A DNA stretch of 63,800 nt, the filler included, from Dicyema japonicum (taxonomy: Eukaryota; Animalia; Dicyemida), in NCBI GenBank assembly GCA_011109175.1. It is 14 parts of 14 records of this genome, joined end to end, with 100 filler letters (N's around TTAATTAATTAA, not from the genome) between each part and the next. Parts side by side here need not be neighbours in the genome. Positions count along the whole stretch, not along the records: positions 15,333 to 40,612 come from RDEW01000051.1; 13 more parts are not named here. The stretch is one strand, 5' to 3'. The position numbers were made by a program, and so were the translations under genes. The notes under the pieces are model-generated. The model saw nothing but the letters and a program-made list of their open reading frames with translations. It was not told the DNA's origin and searched no databases. Shown in pieces: positions 26,131 to 38,601 of the stretch. Within the stretch, counting starts at the first letter, position 1. Every line of letters starts with the position of its first letter.

Positions 26131-26931
26131 AGGAATTGGAATTCAAAATTATGTATCCACTTGATAGATTATTGCATGATGGCGCAGTGTGTGCTTTGCC
26201 ATGCGGATTTTAAATATTATTGCTCACCTATATTGCACGAAATGTACCGGTCAATTCATGACAGATGAAATCCATAGATTTTATCATCCATGTGATTGGA
26301 CTAAATGGCTCTTCACTTGTAAATAATATATCCCCTTTATAGAATCAATACTGATCAATTGGGCGGAAATTGTCCTGTTTAAAAAAATCAAAATTAAAAT
26401 CAATTCCAGTTATGTTAAGACAAAAAATATAAATATAAGACAAAATTATTTTAATTATTATTAATTTTGTTATTATTTTTTCGTTTTTTTTTTAATTACA
26501 CATTATAAATTGTTTTTTGTTGTGTATTAGCAGTCGTCATTCTGCAAGATCGTGGTGGGATCACGTGATTAGTTAGTTTGTTTAACCAATTTCTCTAGTG
26601 TTATTATTATGACAGGTTTTTATTTTCTAAGTTATTAAAACTATTAGAACCCATAGGCAAAAATAAGGAACGAATTTCAAAAGTAAATTCTAAAAACTCA
26701 TACATATTTACAAGATCACCTAAATGATATTTAAACTCGTACATATTTACAAGATCACCTAAATGATATTTATTTTGCCAAGATCATTTCAACAATACTA
26801 CAGCGATCAACATTTAAGCAGATTAAGACAGAATGTCAAAGTATAGACCACTCAACTTATTTTCACTGATGATAATGAAAAAATGGATATCTTTTTAAAG
26901 TGCTTTTAAAAATTCCGAATTCCACTTTACA

Positions 26932-27174
26932 GTTGCGACCGAATCATCGGGAGCCGTTGGTCCAATGACGGCTGAATTCTTGCGAGAACTCGGAGGATTG
27001 CTTGCCAGAAAGAAAAGGGATCAACGAGAAGGGTTATGGCTAAGACAAAAGATTGGAATAGCCATACTCCGAGGGAACTCGTTCGCAATCCACGCAGCAG
27101 GCTTCCTCAACTGACATTTGTTTGATTGTTAAAAAAACTTATTAATATAAAAATATTTTAATATTAAAAAAAAA
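26932..27174 (+). mobile_element. CRE-like subfamily 1, 5'-truncated insertion specific to copy B
   Basis: VATESSGAVGPMTAEFL..LRGNSFAIHAAGFLN* plus A-rich tail; empty site CCACTTGACA/AATTAGAG at ~15745-15762. Confidence 0.85.
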
Positions 27175-28564
27175 AATTAAAGAATAGTTATAAAAAAGCT
27201 ATTTGTTAAATTAATTTATCATGACCCTTAAATTACAGCACGCTGAAAAAGATACACAAGATCTTTATATTATTGAGCTACGAAAATATTAACAAACAAT
27301 TCTACTCACTTATTAAGGAATGAATAATAATAAAAATAATATAAAATGTAGTAATCGTCGGTACATTTTTTATCCTGAAACTTTATACATTGCTAGGGCG
27401 AATTTTTTTTAACCTAAAAAATAAAAAAAAATTAACTTTATTAACCAAAAAACTAAAAAAATTAACCCAAAAATTCAACTTTATAACTAAACAATAAAAA
27501 CACTAAAACTTTTTGTTACACGTACAAATTACATAATTTTCTAAATTTTCTGGTAGAAAATATCTGTTGGATCTTAGAAAATGTCTTATCTCAGAGAAAC
27601 ATCGTTCAGCCGAACAATAAGTTGGCTAACAATTAAGGAATAATGAATACTCGGCAGGATATGTGTGAATTAGTCATTTTAATTATGTTTGAAATATCAT
27701 TTTTGAAGCCTTTTATTTATGTATTCGTTGGTCCAATGACGGCTGAGTTCTTGCGAGAACTCGGAGGATTGCTTGCCAGAAAGAAAAGGAATCAACGAGA
27801 AGGGTTTTGACTATGACAAAAGATTGGAATGGCCATACTCCGAGGAAACTCGTTCGCAATCCACGCAGCAGGTTTCCTCAACTGTATTCTTTAATAAATT
27901 TGTTGTCATTTTCAAATTCCAACGAGTCTAAACCATCACATGTTTGTTTAATTGTGAAGCGTGTACTTTAATAATAATATCTGCAATAGCGACACTATTC
28001 GGAAACCTGGAATGTTCGAATAGCTTCAGATAAGGTCACATAGACTGCTAACTAACGGTGAGGGAACTTTTACAGAGCCTCCGTAAAACAATTCTCTAAG
28101 CGTTCGAATAGCTTCAGATAAGGTCACATAGACTGCTAACTAACGGTGAGGGAACTTTTACAGAGCCTCCGTAAAACAATTCTCTAAGCCACGGCATAGA
28201 TTGTTTGTTTAGTGGAATATCAGATTTTATAAATTCTCTGGTTACTTGTAGAGCCCAATCATCATTTTTGGAATATTAGTCAATGTGTGTTTGGTGCATT
28301 CGGTCAGATAATATAGAAAAAATAATTGTTATATCGCAAAACTCAATGAATTTTCATCAAAATAAATTTTGATGGGAATTTACAAAATGCCTTTTTTTCC
28401 TTTTCTCGCATTTTATATTACACAAACAGAGTCGACAATATAGCGCACCATCCTCAAGAATCATAAATTCTTTAGGATAATAGTTTACAATGGCCTTAGC
28501 TTTAATTTGGTACGATTTTTCTATCTTGGTATGTCAACCAAAAATTTTAGCGGCAAAATATATT

Positions 28565-28683
28565 TTTTTTAACAATTAAACAAATGTCAGTTGAGGAAGC
28601 CTGCTGCGTGGATTGCGAACGAGTTCCCTCGGAGTATGGCTATTCCGATCTTTTGTCTTAGCCATAACCCTTCTCGTTGATCC
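28565..28683 (-). mobile_element. CRE-like subfamily 1, short 5'-truncated insertion with TSD, specific to copy B
   Basis: Reverse complement of 1465-1582; AAATATATT repeated at 28556-28564 and 28684-28692; empty site at ~17373-17390. Confidence 0.85.
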
Positions 28684-29069
28684 AAATATATTAATAATAT
28701 TTAATTTAAAAAATTAATAAATTAAATCAAAAATTTAAAATTATTTTAAATTTTAACTTTTTAACCTAATAATTTTTTTAATATACATTTATTTATAATA
28801 AAATATAGTTAAAAGTCATTTTAATGATTATTTTTTTAACTATTATTAAATTTTAATTTTTTTAACTTAGTTCGCCTTATACATTGCACAATCAGCCATA
28901 AATTCAGTACATTGTAATAGAAATGAAGATTTGCAAGGAAATGCGCTTAATGATATTTATCTTTTGAAATTATTGTAGGGCAGAGCTACGTTTGATGAGT
29001 TAATGAGTCAGCTACTTTCTCTCCGATCATTTTCCTCTTCACAAAGAATGCTTTAATTTAAACAATCTA

Positions 29070-29530
29070 AACGTTACCTGCACCGACACATTTGTTTCTT
29101 GCACCCTACATACGAATGCCTCTGGAGCCTGTTTTGCCGCTGAGAAAACTGAGAAGATGAAACGGGAAATATACACGCTCATGTACAAGGAATTTTTTGT
29201 TTGTTCCACTCGCCGTTGAGACGTCTGGTTCCCTTGTTTCTGCGACGCTGGAATTTTTGAGTTGTCTAGGGAATAGGATCGCTACACGAAAAGAAGGAAT
29301 CTTTTGTTTGTTCTACTCGCCGTTGAGACGTCTGGTTCCCTTGTTTCTGCGACGCTAGAATTCTTGAGTTGTCTAGGGAATAGGATTGCTACACGAAAAG
29401 AAGACCTCGGTGAGTGCTGCTGTTTATTTGAGCGAATCTCGCTCGCTATCCTAAGAGGGAATATCCATGCATTCAGGGCAGCTTCTATATGACCGTAACT
29501 CAATTTTCTTTCTTAAATAAATTCCTTATT
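29070..29530 (+). mobile_element. CRE-like subfamily 2 fragment (copy B), with internal tandem duplication
   Basis: ORF 29304-29492 FVLLAVETSG..ISLAILRGNI. Confidence 0.75.
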
Positions 29531-30269
29531 TAAAAAAAATTAAAGAAGACATAGAAGCATGAAATTATAAAATTTTTCATATTACTTGTTTTTTTCATTT
29601 GGAACAATATTGTACAGTAAAAATAAAGTCTAATATTCCTCAGTTACAGACTTAACTGGAAAAATGAATATTTCTCTTTTGAAATTAATAAAGTGCAGAG
29701 CGACGTTTGATGAGTTAAATTACCTCCAGATGCAATTATCATGAAATGGAAGAGGTTTTTAAAGCGGCTTTTTATTACAGTTGGACCCCGGTTTGGGGCA
29801 CACTCGGCAATGAAATTCCCTCGGTTTTTGGGGCATTTTTTTGAAAAGAATATACTACTAATTTTTAAATTTATGCGCAAATTTAATGATCCCGGTTTGG
29901 GACAGCATAATTTAATTAATTTATTTTTAAATTAAAAAATAAATTTATTTATATTATACTTTACACGTGTATTTTAAATTTTTTCATCGTGGTTACTGAT
30001 TATTATTATAAAGTTAAATTTTCAAATCATTACAAAACAATGAATTATCTGAGAGAGAACTAGTAAAGAAACTTAAAACTATAAAAGGTCCATTTTTAAC
30101 TATTTTAAATGTTAGGTATTATTATAAAGTTAAATTTTCAAATCATTACAAAACAATGAATTATCTGAGAGAGAACTAGTAAAGAAACTTAAAACTATAA
30201 AAGGTCCATTTTTAACTATTTTAAATGTTAGGTACCATTTCGCGAAAAAGAAATATATATTTCGTTTCT

Positions 30270-31240
30270 GAATACGGGATCAGTTCTAGATCAAGAAACT
30301 GAATTTGTTTCGAATTCAAATTCTTCAAATCAATGCAATTTATTCGATGACCTAATGTATAGTTCTTTTCGCTTTTTAAGAGAAAATATTTTTTTAGTTT
30401 CTGGAACTACAATAAACAGGATTGCGAAAAACATTTCAAAAAAATAAATTTTACCCAATTCAATCGTCAAATGAGTGGCTTAGCCGTTTCAAGAAGAGTC
30501 GTGAATTATTTTTCAAAACCAATAGAGGCTATTATCTTCTTGCGATAAAAGAAATTTACCAGATTTATTGATAATTTTAATTATCATTATCGAACATTTG
30601 ATCTCTATAATATATTTAATTGTGACGAAACAGTTAACATGTCAAAAAATTCCAAAAAAAATATTTTATCGAAAGTACCGATAACTGCTTCTGAACGAAA
30701 TAATGTAAGGAAAAAGTTACGTTTATTCTTTGCTGCAGCTCTAAGGGCGAAAGTTAGAACCTTTCATAATGGAAATGTTTAAGTCTTTTTTTGTATTAAA
30801 GGTTTTTTAAACAACTGTGTGATAATTTTTTTAGGTTTCAATTTCAAAGAATATTGGTCCAAAAAAGCATTGATGACAAATAATATTTTTTTCGGATGTG
30901 GCTGTGCAAAATAAATGACGAAATGGAAATGAATCAAAGTATTATTGTTTGGTGTGATAATTTTTTTAGGTTTCAATTTTAAAGAATATGGGTCCAAAAA
31001 AGCATTGATGACAAATAATATTTTTTTCGTATGTCGCTGTGCAAAGTAAAAGACAAAATGGAACTGAATCAAAGGATTATTGTTTACTTTTACACCACGC
31101 CAGTTGTAAATAATATTCTGAATATTCTATATAAAAATATTTTTTTCCCAAAAAACACAACATCCGTTATCCAACTATTGGATATGGGAATTATCAAGTC
31201 TTTCTAAATTCATTCCGCAGATAATTTAATTGAATATGCT
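30270..31240 (+). mobile_element. pogo/Tigger remnant (copy B)
   Basis: Paralogous to 18840-19700 and 20275-21080. Confidence 0.7.
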
Positions 31241-31309
31241 TTCACAATTTCTTGGTTCAGGTGGTGGGGTGCTTTTTTTGCACAAAATGTTTTCTTCATG
31301 CAATCAATC

Positions 31310-31924
31310 TTTCCTGTTCAATATTAGATCATTCAATGTGAGAGGACTAATATCGTACGTAAATAGGACCTTCAACGATATGGAATACCTGTAATAGCCT
31401 AGATGAAGTAATGAATGGGTATCTACTGCTCCTGTTGCCGTCAGACTGCTGACATTATGTGATAGACTTCGTTACATGTGTGGACGCAGCTGAGGGAGTT
31501 CAAAGAGCAATGATTATAACGAGTGGATTGCAATCCTCCAACTACCCCTCGGAAATAACCATAATACTACTCTATCGATTATCAATGTATATACACCGAC
31601 CACAGTGAGTGCATCCGCCAATACAGTGAAACTTGACAATTTCTACTCGTCCTTATCATCGGCTTACTCCTCATCACTCATTACGAAGTCGTTTTAGCTT
31701 TGGGTATACTCAAGAATGGCAGATCCCTTGGACCAAGCAACGTGAATACAGAAATATTGAAATCCGCCCAGACTGGTGGCTGAGTTAATCAGCACAGGTC
31801 TGAACAGAACGTTCAAATGTCACAGTCCATTTGATGCGGGAAATGGCACTTTGATCCCAAATCAGGAACCTGGAAAGGAAAGAGGAAATCTAAACTGCCT
31901 ACGCCCCATTACATTAATGAATAC
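31310..31924 (+). mobile_element. RTE LINE 5' part (copy B), cut by a gap
   Basis: Paralogous to 21160-21750. Confidence 0.7.
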
Positions 31925-31983
31925 NNNNNNNNNNNNNNNNNNNNNNNNNNNNNNNNNNNNNNNNNNNNNNNNNNNNNNNNNNN

Positions 31984-33180
31984 AAAAAAAACAATTTTTT
32001 CTAACTAAATTGGGCCGAGGGCCAATTAGTAAAATATTTTGGTTTTACTTATTATAAAAATTACATTAATTTCTAAACGTGTTATTAATTTTTTGTTGTA
32101 TCAAAATGCCGAATTTGCCGAAAAGAATGAATATTTTTCATACATTTAATGCAGATTAGACTGATGACTATTTTTTGTTAAAAAATATGGAAAACATTTA
32201 TGCCTGATATGCTTCGATAAAGTTGCTGTCCAACAACTTCATAACATCAAGCGACATTATGAAACTCGGCATTACGAAAAATCAACAAGTTTACATGAGT
32301 ATCACGCTTGATGAAAATTAAGAGATTGGAACACAATTAACAAATGCTAGCAACATTTGTTTTAATTTGAATTGCTAAAAAGACGAAATCACACCTACCA
32401 GTTATGAGCTTTAGTGACAATTGCAAAACGAATGAAGCCATTTGCAGACGGCGAATTTAGAACAGAATGGCTAATTGAAGTAATAGAAAATCTATTTCCC
32501 ACAATAAAAAACATTTTGAATCTAACTGCTTCTCTCCAAGAATGGTCACTAGAAAGGTAGAAGAAATGTCATTGGATTCGAATCCTCTTTAAACAACGTT
32601 TTAAAGAATTTCGAATTTTTTAAAACGCATTTGATACTAGTACTGACAGAAAAGATGCTTCTCATCTAACCGTATTTGTACGATGGACAATTGAAATATT
32701 TTAAATGTTTGAAGAATTTTTTAGAGTCGTTCCAATGATAAGTGACACAAACCGACGTCTTCGGACATTTAGTGCAACTTTTAACAGAATGAAATCTCCC
32801 ACTATCGAAATTTGTCGGGAATACGACAGACGGGGCTCATTCTATAGTTGGGAATAAAAAGGAAATTATTACATTATTTCAAAAAGAAATGGAAAATATT
32901 GAAATTCTGCAAAGTTTTAGCGATTCGTCAAAAAATGTTAGTTGCCAAATCCATCGAATTACACAAGACAATAGTTGCTGCTGTTAATGAATTTAATTTT
33001 ATTTTATCACGTTGAGTAATTCATATGCAGTTCAGACAATTTTCAATGGATGGTAAAACAGAATATGAAGATCTCTTATATTTTGTAATGTCAGATTGCT
33101 TAGCAGAGGGTCAATACACAAGAGACTAATTCATATACCTGATGTCATACTATTTGTTGAGAAAGAGAATTATGACGCTT
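31984..33180 (+). mobile_element. hAT transposase remnant (GTF2IRD2/SPIN/Charlie-like)
   Basis: KPFADGEF, SPRMVTRKVEEMS, DTSTDRKDASHLTVFVR, TTDGAHSIVG. Confidence 0.75.
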
Positions 33181-33540
33181 CATATTTCAGAATTACCGTT
33201 TACATTTCAATGCTAAAAAAATCTTTCTATATATGGAATCACATTTTTATGTCAACTGTTAGATAATCTCAAAGATGAATAATGTAAAAAATCTCATACA
33301 AATTGTAAAAACTACACCACTAGGCAAATTCAATAGTTATTTATCATATATTTAACTTCCCAAAACCAGGATAAAAACCAAATTACAAGACGTGATCCTG
33401 ATGAATATTATTAACATCTTCACACATTTCAAATATTAATAAACATGAAGGTTGCTGACTTAATAATCTTTTTAAATATAATTTTATTATATTAATATTT
33501 GAAAAATAATTTTAAATAAAATTATACAAAATTAATTAAA

Positions 33541-34801
33541 ATGCTCGGCCTGATTATCTTTACATGCCCTTTATTTTTTACTTACTTTATTTCGTCTTCA
33601 ATCTATTTCAAATATGAATCAATCAATAATTTCAACAGCCTGATTATCTTTACATGCCCTTTATTTTTTACTTACTTTATTTCGTCTTCAATTTATTTCA
33701 AATATGAATCAATCAATAATTTCAACATAGAAAATGAATATTATGAAATCAAATGGAATAATTTTATAAAAAAATATAGTTAAAATTTTTTTCACTTTAG
33801 ATAAATCATATACTGGGATGGAACTCCAAGTCAGAAAGGCTATTTTTACAGAAAATGTAAGAATTATTAACAACCATAATTTTCTTTGAGAGCAAGGCAA
33901 ATTTACATATGAATTAAGAATTAATCAATTTCCTGACATTGTTAACTTACAATGTATTTTCTTAGACAAGAAAAGAGATTATAAAACCGACAAAATTATC
34001 TGGTCCATATATTTCTCTTGATTAATACGAAGATGAATTACTTGGAGATTACACAGTGAATGTAAATAATATAAGATATCCTCCATCTTTTAATTGGAGA
34101 AAGCTAAACTGTGTAACTGGAATAAAAATGCAGGGATCTTTATGCGGGTCGTGCTATGCATTTGGAGCAGTTAACGACTGTTTAAAGTATTTAGTTGGCT
34201 ACCTTGGAGTCGCATTTGGCAATAAAACACAATATTCTTGTATCAATGAGCGAACAAAACATGGTTGATTGTGCAGATGATCGTGGATGCGATGGGGGAG
34301 CACCACACCAAATCTATAATTACATAATAGAAAACGGGGGAATTAATTCTGAAAAACGACATCCATATAATGCTAAGGTTTTTTTTGCAAATAATTATGT
34401 AGGTTGGTAAATGCAAGTATAGGGGAGAACTAAACATTAAATTTAATTTGACTAGCTATAAAATCATTAAAGATGGTGATGAAAAAATGTTTATGCACGT
34501 TATTGTGAATTTCGGTCCTGTTGCTGTTTATTTCTATTCTTCTTCCATTCGCTTTCAAAATTATCATCGAGGTAAATAATAGTGAAACATTTAAGGAATA
34601 TTCAATATCAAATATTGTTTCGATGTTAAACTAAATCATGTTATGTCCGTTGTTGGTTATGGAGTTTCGAAGGGTGAAAAGTATTGGCTTATAAAAAATG
34701 GATGGGGAACTTTTTGGGGAATAAATGAATACTTGAAACTGGCACGTGGGAAGAATAACTGCAATTTTCCTTCAAATGATATTTATTCTATAAACGATTA
34801 A
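33541..34801 (+). pseudogene. Cathepsin L-like papain (C1A) cysteine protease with I29 propeptide; two premature stops in the prodomain
   Basis: ERFNIN-like RKAIFTENVRIINNHN, INQFPD, catalytic QGSLCGSCYAF, NHVMSVVGYG, YWLIKNGWG; five introns of 22-28 nt; TGA 33887-33889 and TAA 34023-34025; 90-bp in-frame duplication 33549-33725. Confidence 0.8.
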
Positions 34802-35044
34802 TTTGACCTTTAAATTAGCTAACCTTTAGTTTTTATTAAATTAAATGGATTTAATAAATTTTTTCAGATTATTTCATTGATTTTAATCGATTCTGGCTAA
34901 TTATTCTGTAGCATTTTAGGAAGAACGTTATATTCTGCCTTTGTAAATGTTAATTCAAAGTTCACAATGCACTTTAAAAATTAAAAGTATTAAGACCTTT
35001 TGATTCCATCGAATCCATCCAATCAACAAGCTTTTCAATGATGA

Positions 35045-35593
35045 CAATTTTTTGTAAAGAAATATGGAAAACATATATGCCTGATATGCTTCGATAAAGT
35101 TTCTGTCCAACAACTTTATAACATCAAACGACATTATGAAACTCGGCATTACGAAAAAAATCAATAAGTTTACAGGAGTATCACGCTTGATGAAAATTAA
35201 GAGATTGGAACATAATTAACAAATGCTAGCAACATTTTTTTTAATTTGAATTGCTAAAAAGACGAAATCACACCTACCAGTTATGAACTTTAGTGACAAT
35301 TGCAAAACGAATAAAGCCATTTGCAGACGGCGAATTTAGAACAGAATGGCTAATTGAAGTAACAGAAAATCTATTTCCCATAATAAAAAACATTTTGAAT
35401 CTAACTGCTTCTCTCCAAGAATGGTCACTAGAAGAGTAGAAGAAATGTCATTGGATTTAAATCTCTCTTTAACCAACGTTTTAAAGAATTTCGAATTTTT
35501 TAAAACGCATTGGATAATAGATTAGAACAGAAAAGATGCTTCTCATCTAACCGTATTTGTACGATGGACAATTGAAACATTTTAAATTTTTGA
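35045..35593 (+). mobile_element. Third copy of the hAT 5' region, cut by a gap
   Basis: Near-identical to 32170-32705. Confidence 0.75.
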
Positions 35594-37154
35594 NNNNNNN
35601 NNNNNNNNNNNNNNNNNNNNNNNNNNNNNNNNNNNNNNNNNNNNNNNNNNNNNNNNNNNNNNNNNNNNNNNNNNNNNNNNNNNNNNNNNNNNNNNNNNNN
35701 NNNNNNNNNNNNNNNNNNNNNNNNNNNNNNNNNNNNNNNNNNNNNNNNNNNNNNNNNNNNNNNNNNNNNNNNNNNNNNNNNNNNNNNNNNNNNNNNNNNN
35801 NNNNNNNNNNNNNNNNNNNNNNNNNNNNNNNNNNNNNNNNNNNNNNNNNNNNNNNNNNNNNNNNNNNNNNNNNNNNNNNNNNNNNNNNNNNNNNNNNNNN
35901 NNNNNNNNNNNNNNNNNNNNNNNNNNNNNNNNNNNNNNNNNNNNNNNNNNNNNNNNNNNNNNNNNNNNNNNNNNNNNNNNNNNNNNNNNNNNNNNNNNNN
36001 NNNNNNNNNNNNNNNNNNNNNNNNNNNNNNNNNNNNNNNNNNNNNNNNNNNNNNNNNNNNNNNNNNNNNNNNNNNNNNNNNNNNNNNNNNNNNNNNNNNN
36101 NNNNNNNNNNNNNNNNNNNNNNNNNNNNNNNNNNNNNNNNNNNNNNNNNNNNNNNNNNNNNNNNNNNNNNNNNNNNNNNNNNNNNNNNNNNNNNNNNNNN
36201 NNNNNNNNNNNNNNNNNNNNNNNNNNNNNNNNNNNNNNNNNNNNNNNNNNNNNNNNNNNNNNNNNNNNNNNNNNNNNNNNNNNNNNNNNNNNNNNNNNNN
36301 NNNNNNNNNNNNNNNNNNNNNNNNNNNNNNNNNNNNNNNNNNNNNNNNNNNNNNNNNNNNNNNNNNNNNNNNNNNNNNNNNNNNNNNNNNNNNNNNNNNN
36401 NNNNNNNNNNNNNNNNNNNNNNNNNNNNNNNNNNNNNNNNNNNNNNNNNNNNNNNNNNNNNNNNNNNNNNNNNNNNNNNNNNNNNNNNNNNNNNNNNNNN
36501 NNNNNNNNNNNNNNNNNNNNNNNNNNNNNNNNNNNNNNNNNNNNNNNNNNNNNNNTTTAAATTAGCTAACCTTTAGTTTTTATTAAATTAAATGGATGTA
36601 ATAAATTTTTTCAGATTATTTCATTGATTTTAATCGATTCTGGCTGAATTATTCTGTAGCATTTTTAGGAAAAACATTATATTCTGCCTTTGTGAATGTT
36701 AATTCAAAGTTCATTATGCACTTTAAAAATTAAAAACATTAAGAAGACCTTTTGATTCCATCAAATCCATTTTCTCAACAAACTTTTCATAAAGTTGCGG
36801 GAACTTTAAATATTACTGTTTTTTGTGGAATTTTTAGTTTTGAATTGTACCACAATTGAATCACGACTCTTTAAAATAGCGTAAGTGTCCTCCGGCAAAT
36901 GTTCACTTTAAACAAAAAGAAAAAATTATGTGCAAGTCTTTGGCATATGTTGTCATCCTTATAACGCAATATTAGTATTTTATGTAAGATAGTGAGTCTT
37001 GTATATCGCCCACAAGAATCAAAACGAGGCATGCTACTCGAATAAAGTTTTATTGTTTTATTTTCAGTGATTTTTAAAGACTAATAAATTCTATCCAAAT
37101 TCCGCTAAAATTAAAAAATTTTTTTAAAAATGGCAACTTTGAAAATTGGAAAAT

Positions 37155-38239
37155 TTAAAAGAGTTTACTGTATCCCAAGATGAAGGACTTTCTTAAAAGC
37201 GACATTTTATTATTCCGAAAATCTCTTGCAATGGAGTTAACAGTCAAGAAATTAAGCAACAAATCAATAAATCCAATATAAAACCTTCGATAATGTCCCC
37301 CTACTTCAATTGCATTAGAATAATCTTTCTTTTGTAGAAATTTCAATGAAAACAATATTGAAAATTATTTCTGCTAAATTATAATTTCGCAAACAATTTT
37401 ATTTATTAATTTAAAACCAAAAATCACCAACAAAATAAATGAGAGTGGGGGCCGTCAGATGATCCAGGCCTCCTTAATCAGCCTCCTCATCCTTTCTCGA
37501 TGTTCCTTCCGACAATGGATAGTTTATTAATTTCCATATAAATTGTTTTCAAATTATTTCTTAGATTGGTTATTTTTAAGAATAATTTTAAGTCAAGAAT
37601 AAATAGATATTTTGTTTACAGTTGGATAATATTTTTACCAAAAATTCCTGGTCTGATCCGAGGAGGAAAGAAAAATCATATCTGAGTTTCCTGATTTGCC
37701 ATAAGGACATATAACGTGGAATTGCAGGATGGGTAGCACATTGTGGTAATAATATTTTTAACTTTCAACAGCAATGGCTCTAAAGTGAGTAACAAGTCCG
37801 TTTTTTAAAGCAAAAAAACATTTGACAAGAAACGGATTCCAAAATATTCTTAATTGTTTTTTGAGAGTCAAATATTCCTAATAAATCAAAATTAGCAGTA
37901 ACACCTTGTGTCAGTGGTTTTCATTGCACCCACCGCTACCCGGGAGGGCCTCCTCTTGCGCTTGCACAGGAAATCTATTAGTGAAGATAACTTTATGACC
38001 TGCCAAATTGTCTTTGTACAAAATTTAATTAAGTGTAACTGACCATTATAATAAATTCAATTAATTACGTGGCAAAATAATTTTTATTTAATTCCCATAA
38101 ACATTCAATATGTACTTTGGTACTGATTTCGATAATTAATGGACGATGATTCCCATATTCGTCCCCGATGAATACGGTTCTCGACAAATCTCCTCCAATT
38201 CGGATCTGATGATGAACATTGGCGTCTCCGATGATTCAT
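37155..38239 (-). CDS. Candidate multi-exon gene, possibly a PH-domain protein
   Basis: Open peptides EYLTLKKQLRIFWNPFLVKCFFALKNGLVTHF and FHVICPYGKSGNSDMIFLSSSDQTRNFW resemble PH-domain beta1-3 strands and C-terminal helix; exon joins not fully resolved. Confidence 0.3.
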
Positions 38240-38601
38240 TATTTCGAATAATACGTATTCTAAATTAATTAAGAAAAGGACATAGAATTATATCCACTTA
38301 GGTATATGAAGACAATTGAGGAACTCATAGTGAAGCAGAACTATGACAACAATTCAAACTTCTATCAATTAACCACTAGAGTAACTGGTCAAATAGATTA
38401 TTAAAATTAATTTAAAAAAACAACAAAAATAAATTAATTAGCAGATTAAATTTAAAAATTAGTTAATTTCAACTATGAAAGCTAACCAATATTGTGCAAG
38501 TTGATTTATTAAAATATCGTTTCATATCCATGGTAACTTTATATATTTGTGATTTCGCAGTTTGTGCTTTTAAACTGAATTGTTTATAACTGTCTTTTTA
38601 A

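Larger units (their letters stand above)
26480..32277. repeat. Copy B of the segmental duplication
   Basis: See copy A; carries extra CRE insertions and short tandem duplications (28040-28190, 29190-29400) and lacks the SINE. Confidence 0.85.

Noticed and set aside
4676-34025. Stop-codon reassignment (TGA=Trp, TAA/TAG=Glu/Gln/Lys) to explain in-frame stops in NCAPG, cathepsin and FARS2
   Set aside because: ALG6, EMC1 and centriolin show no in-frame stops over more than 1000 codons and use TGG for Trp; ALG6 and cathepsin end in TAA; NCAPG and FARS2 also carry frameshifts. A genome-wide codon-to-residue analysis (e.g. Codetta) would be decisive
37900-37970. U1 snRNA-like loop CATTGCAC
   Set aside because: No 5' ATACTTACCTG and no Sm site; lies within a probable minus-strand exon
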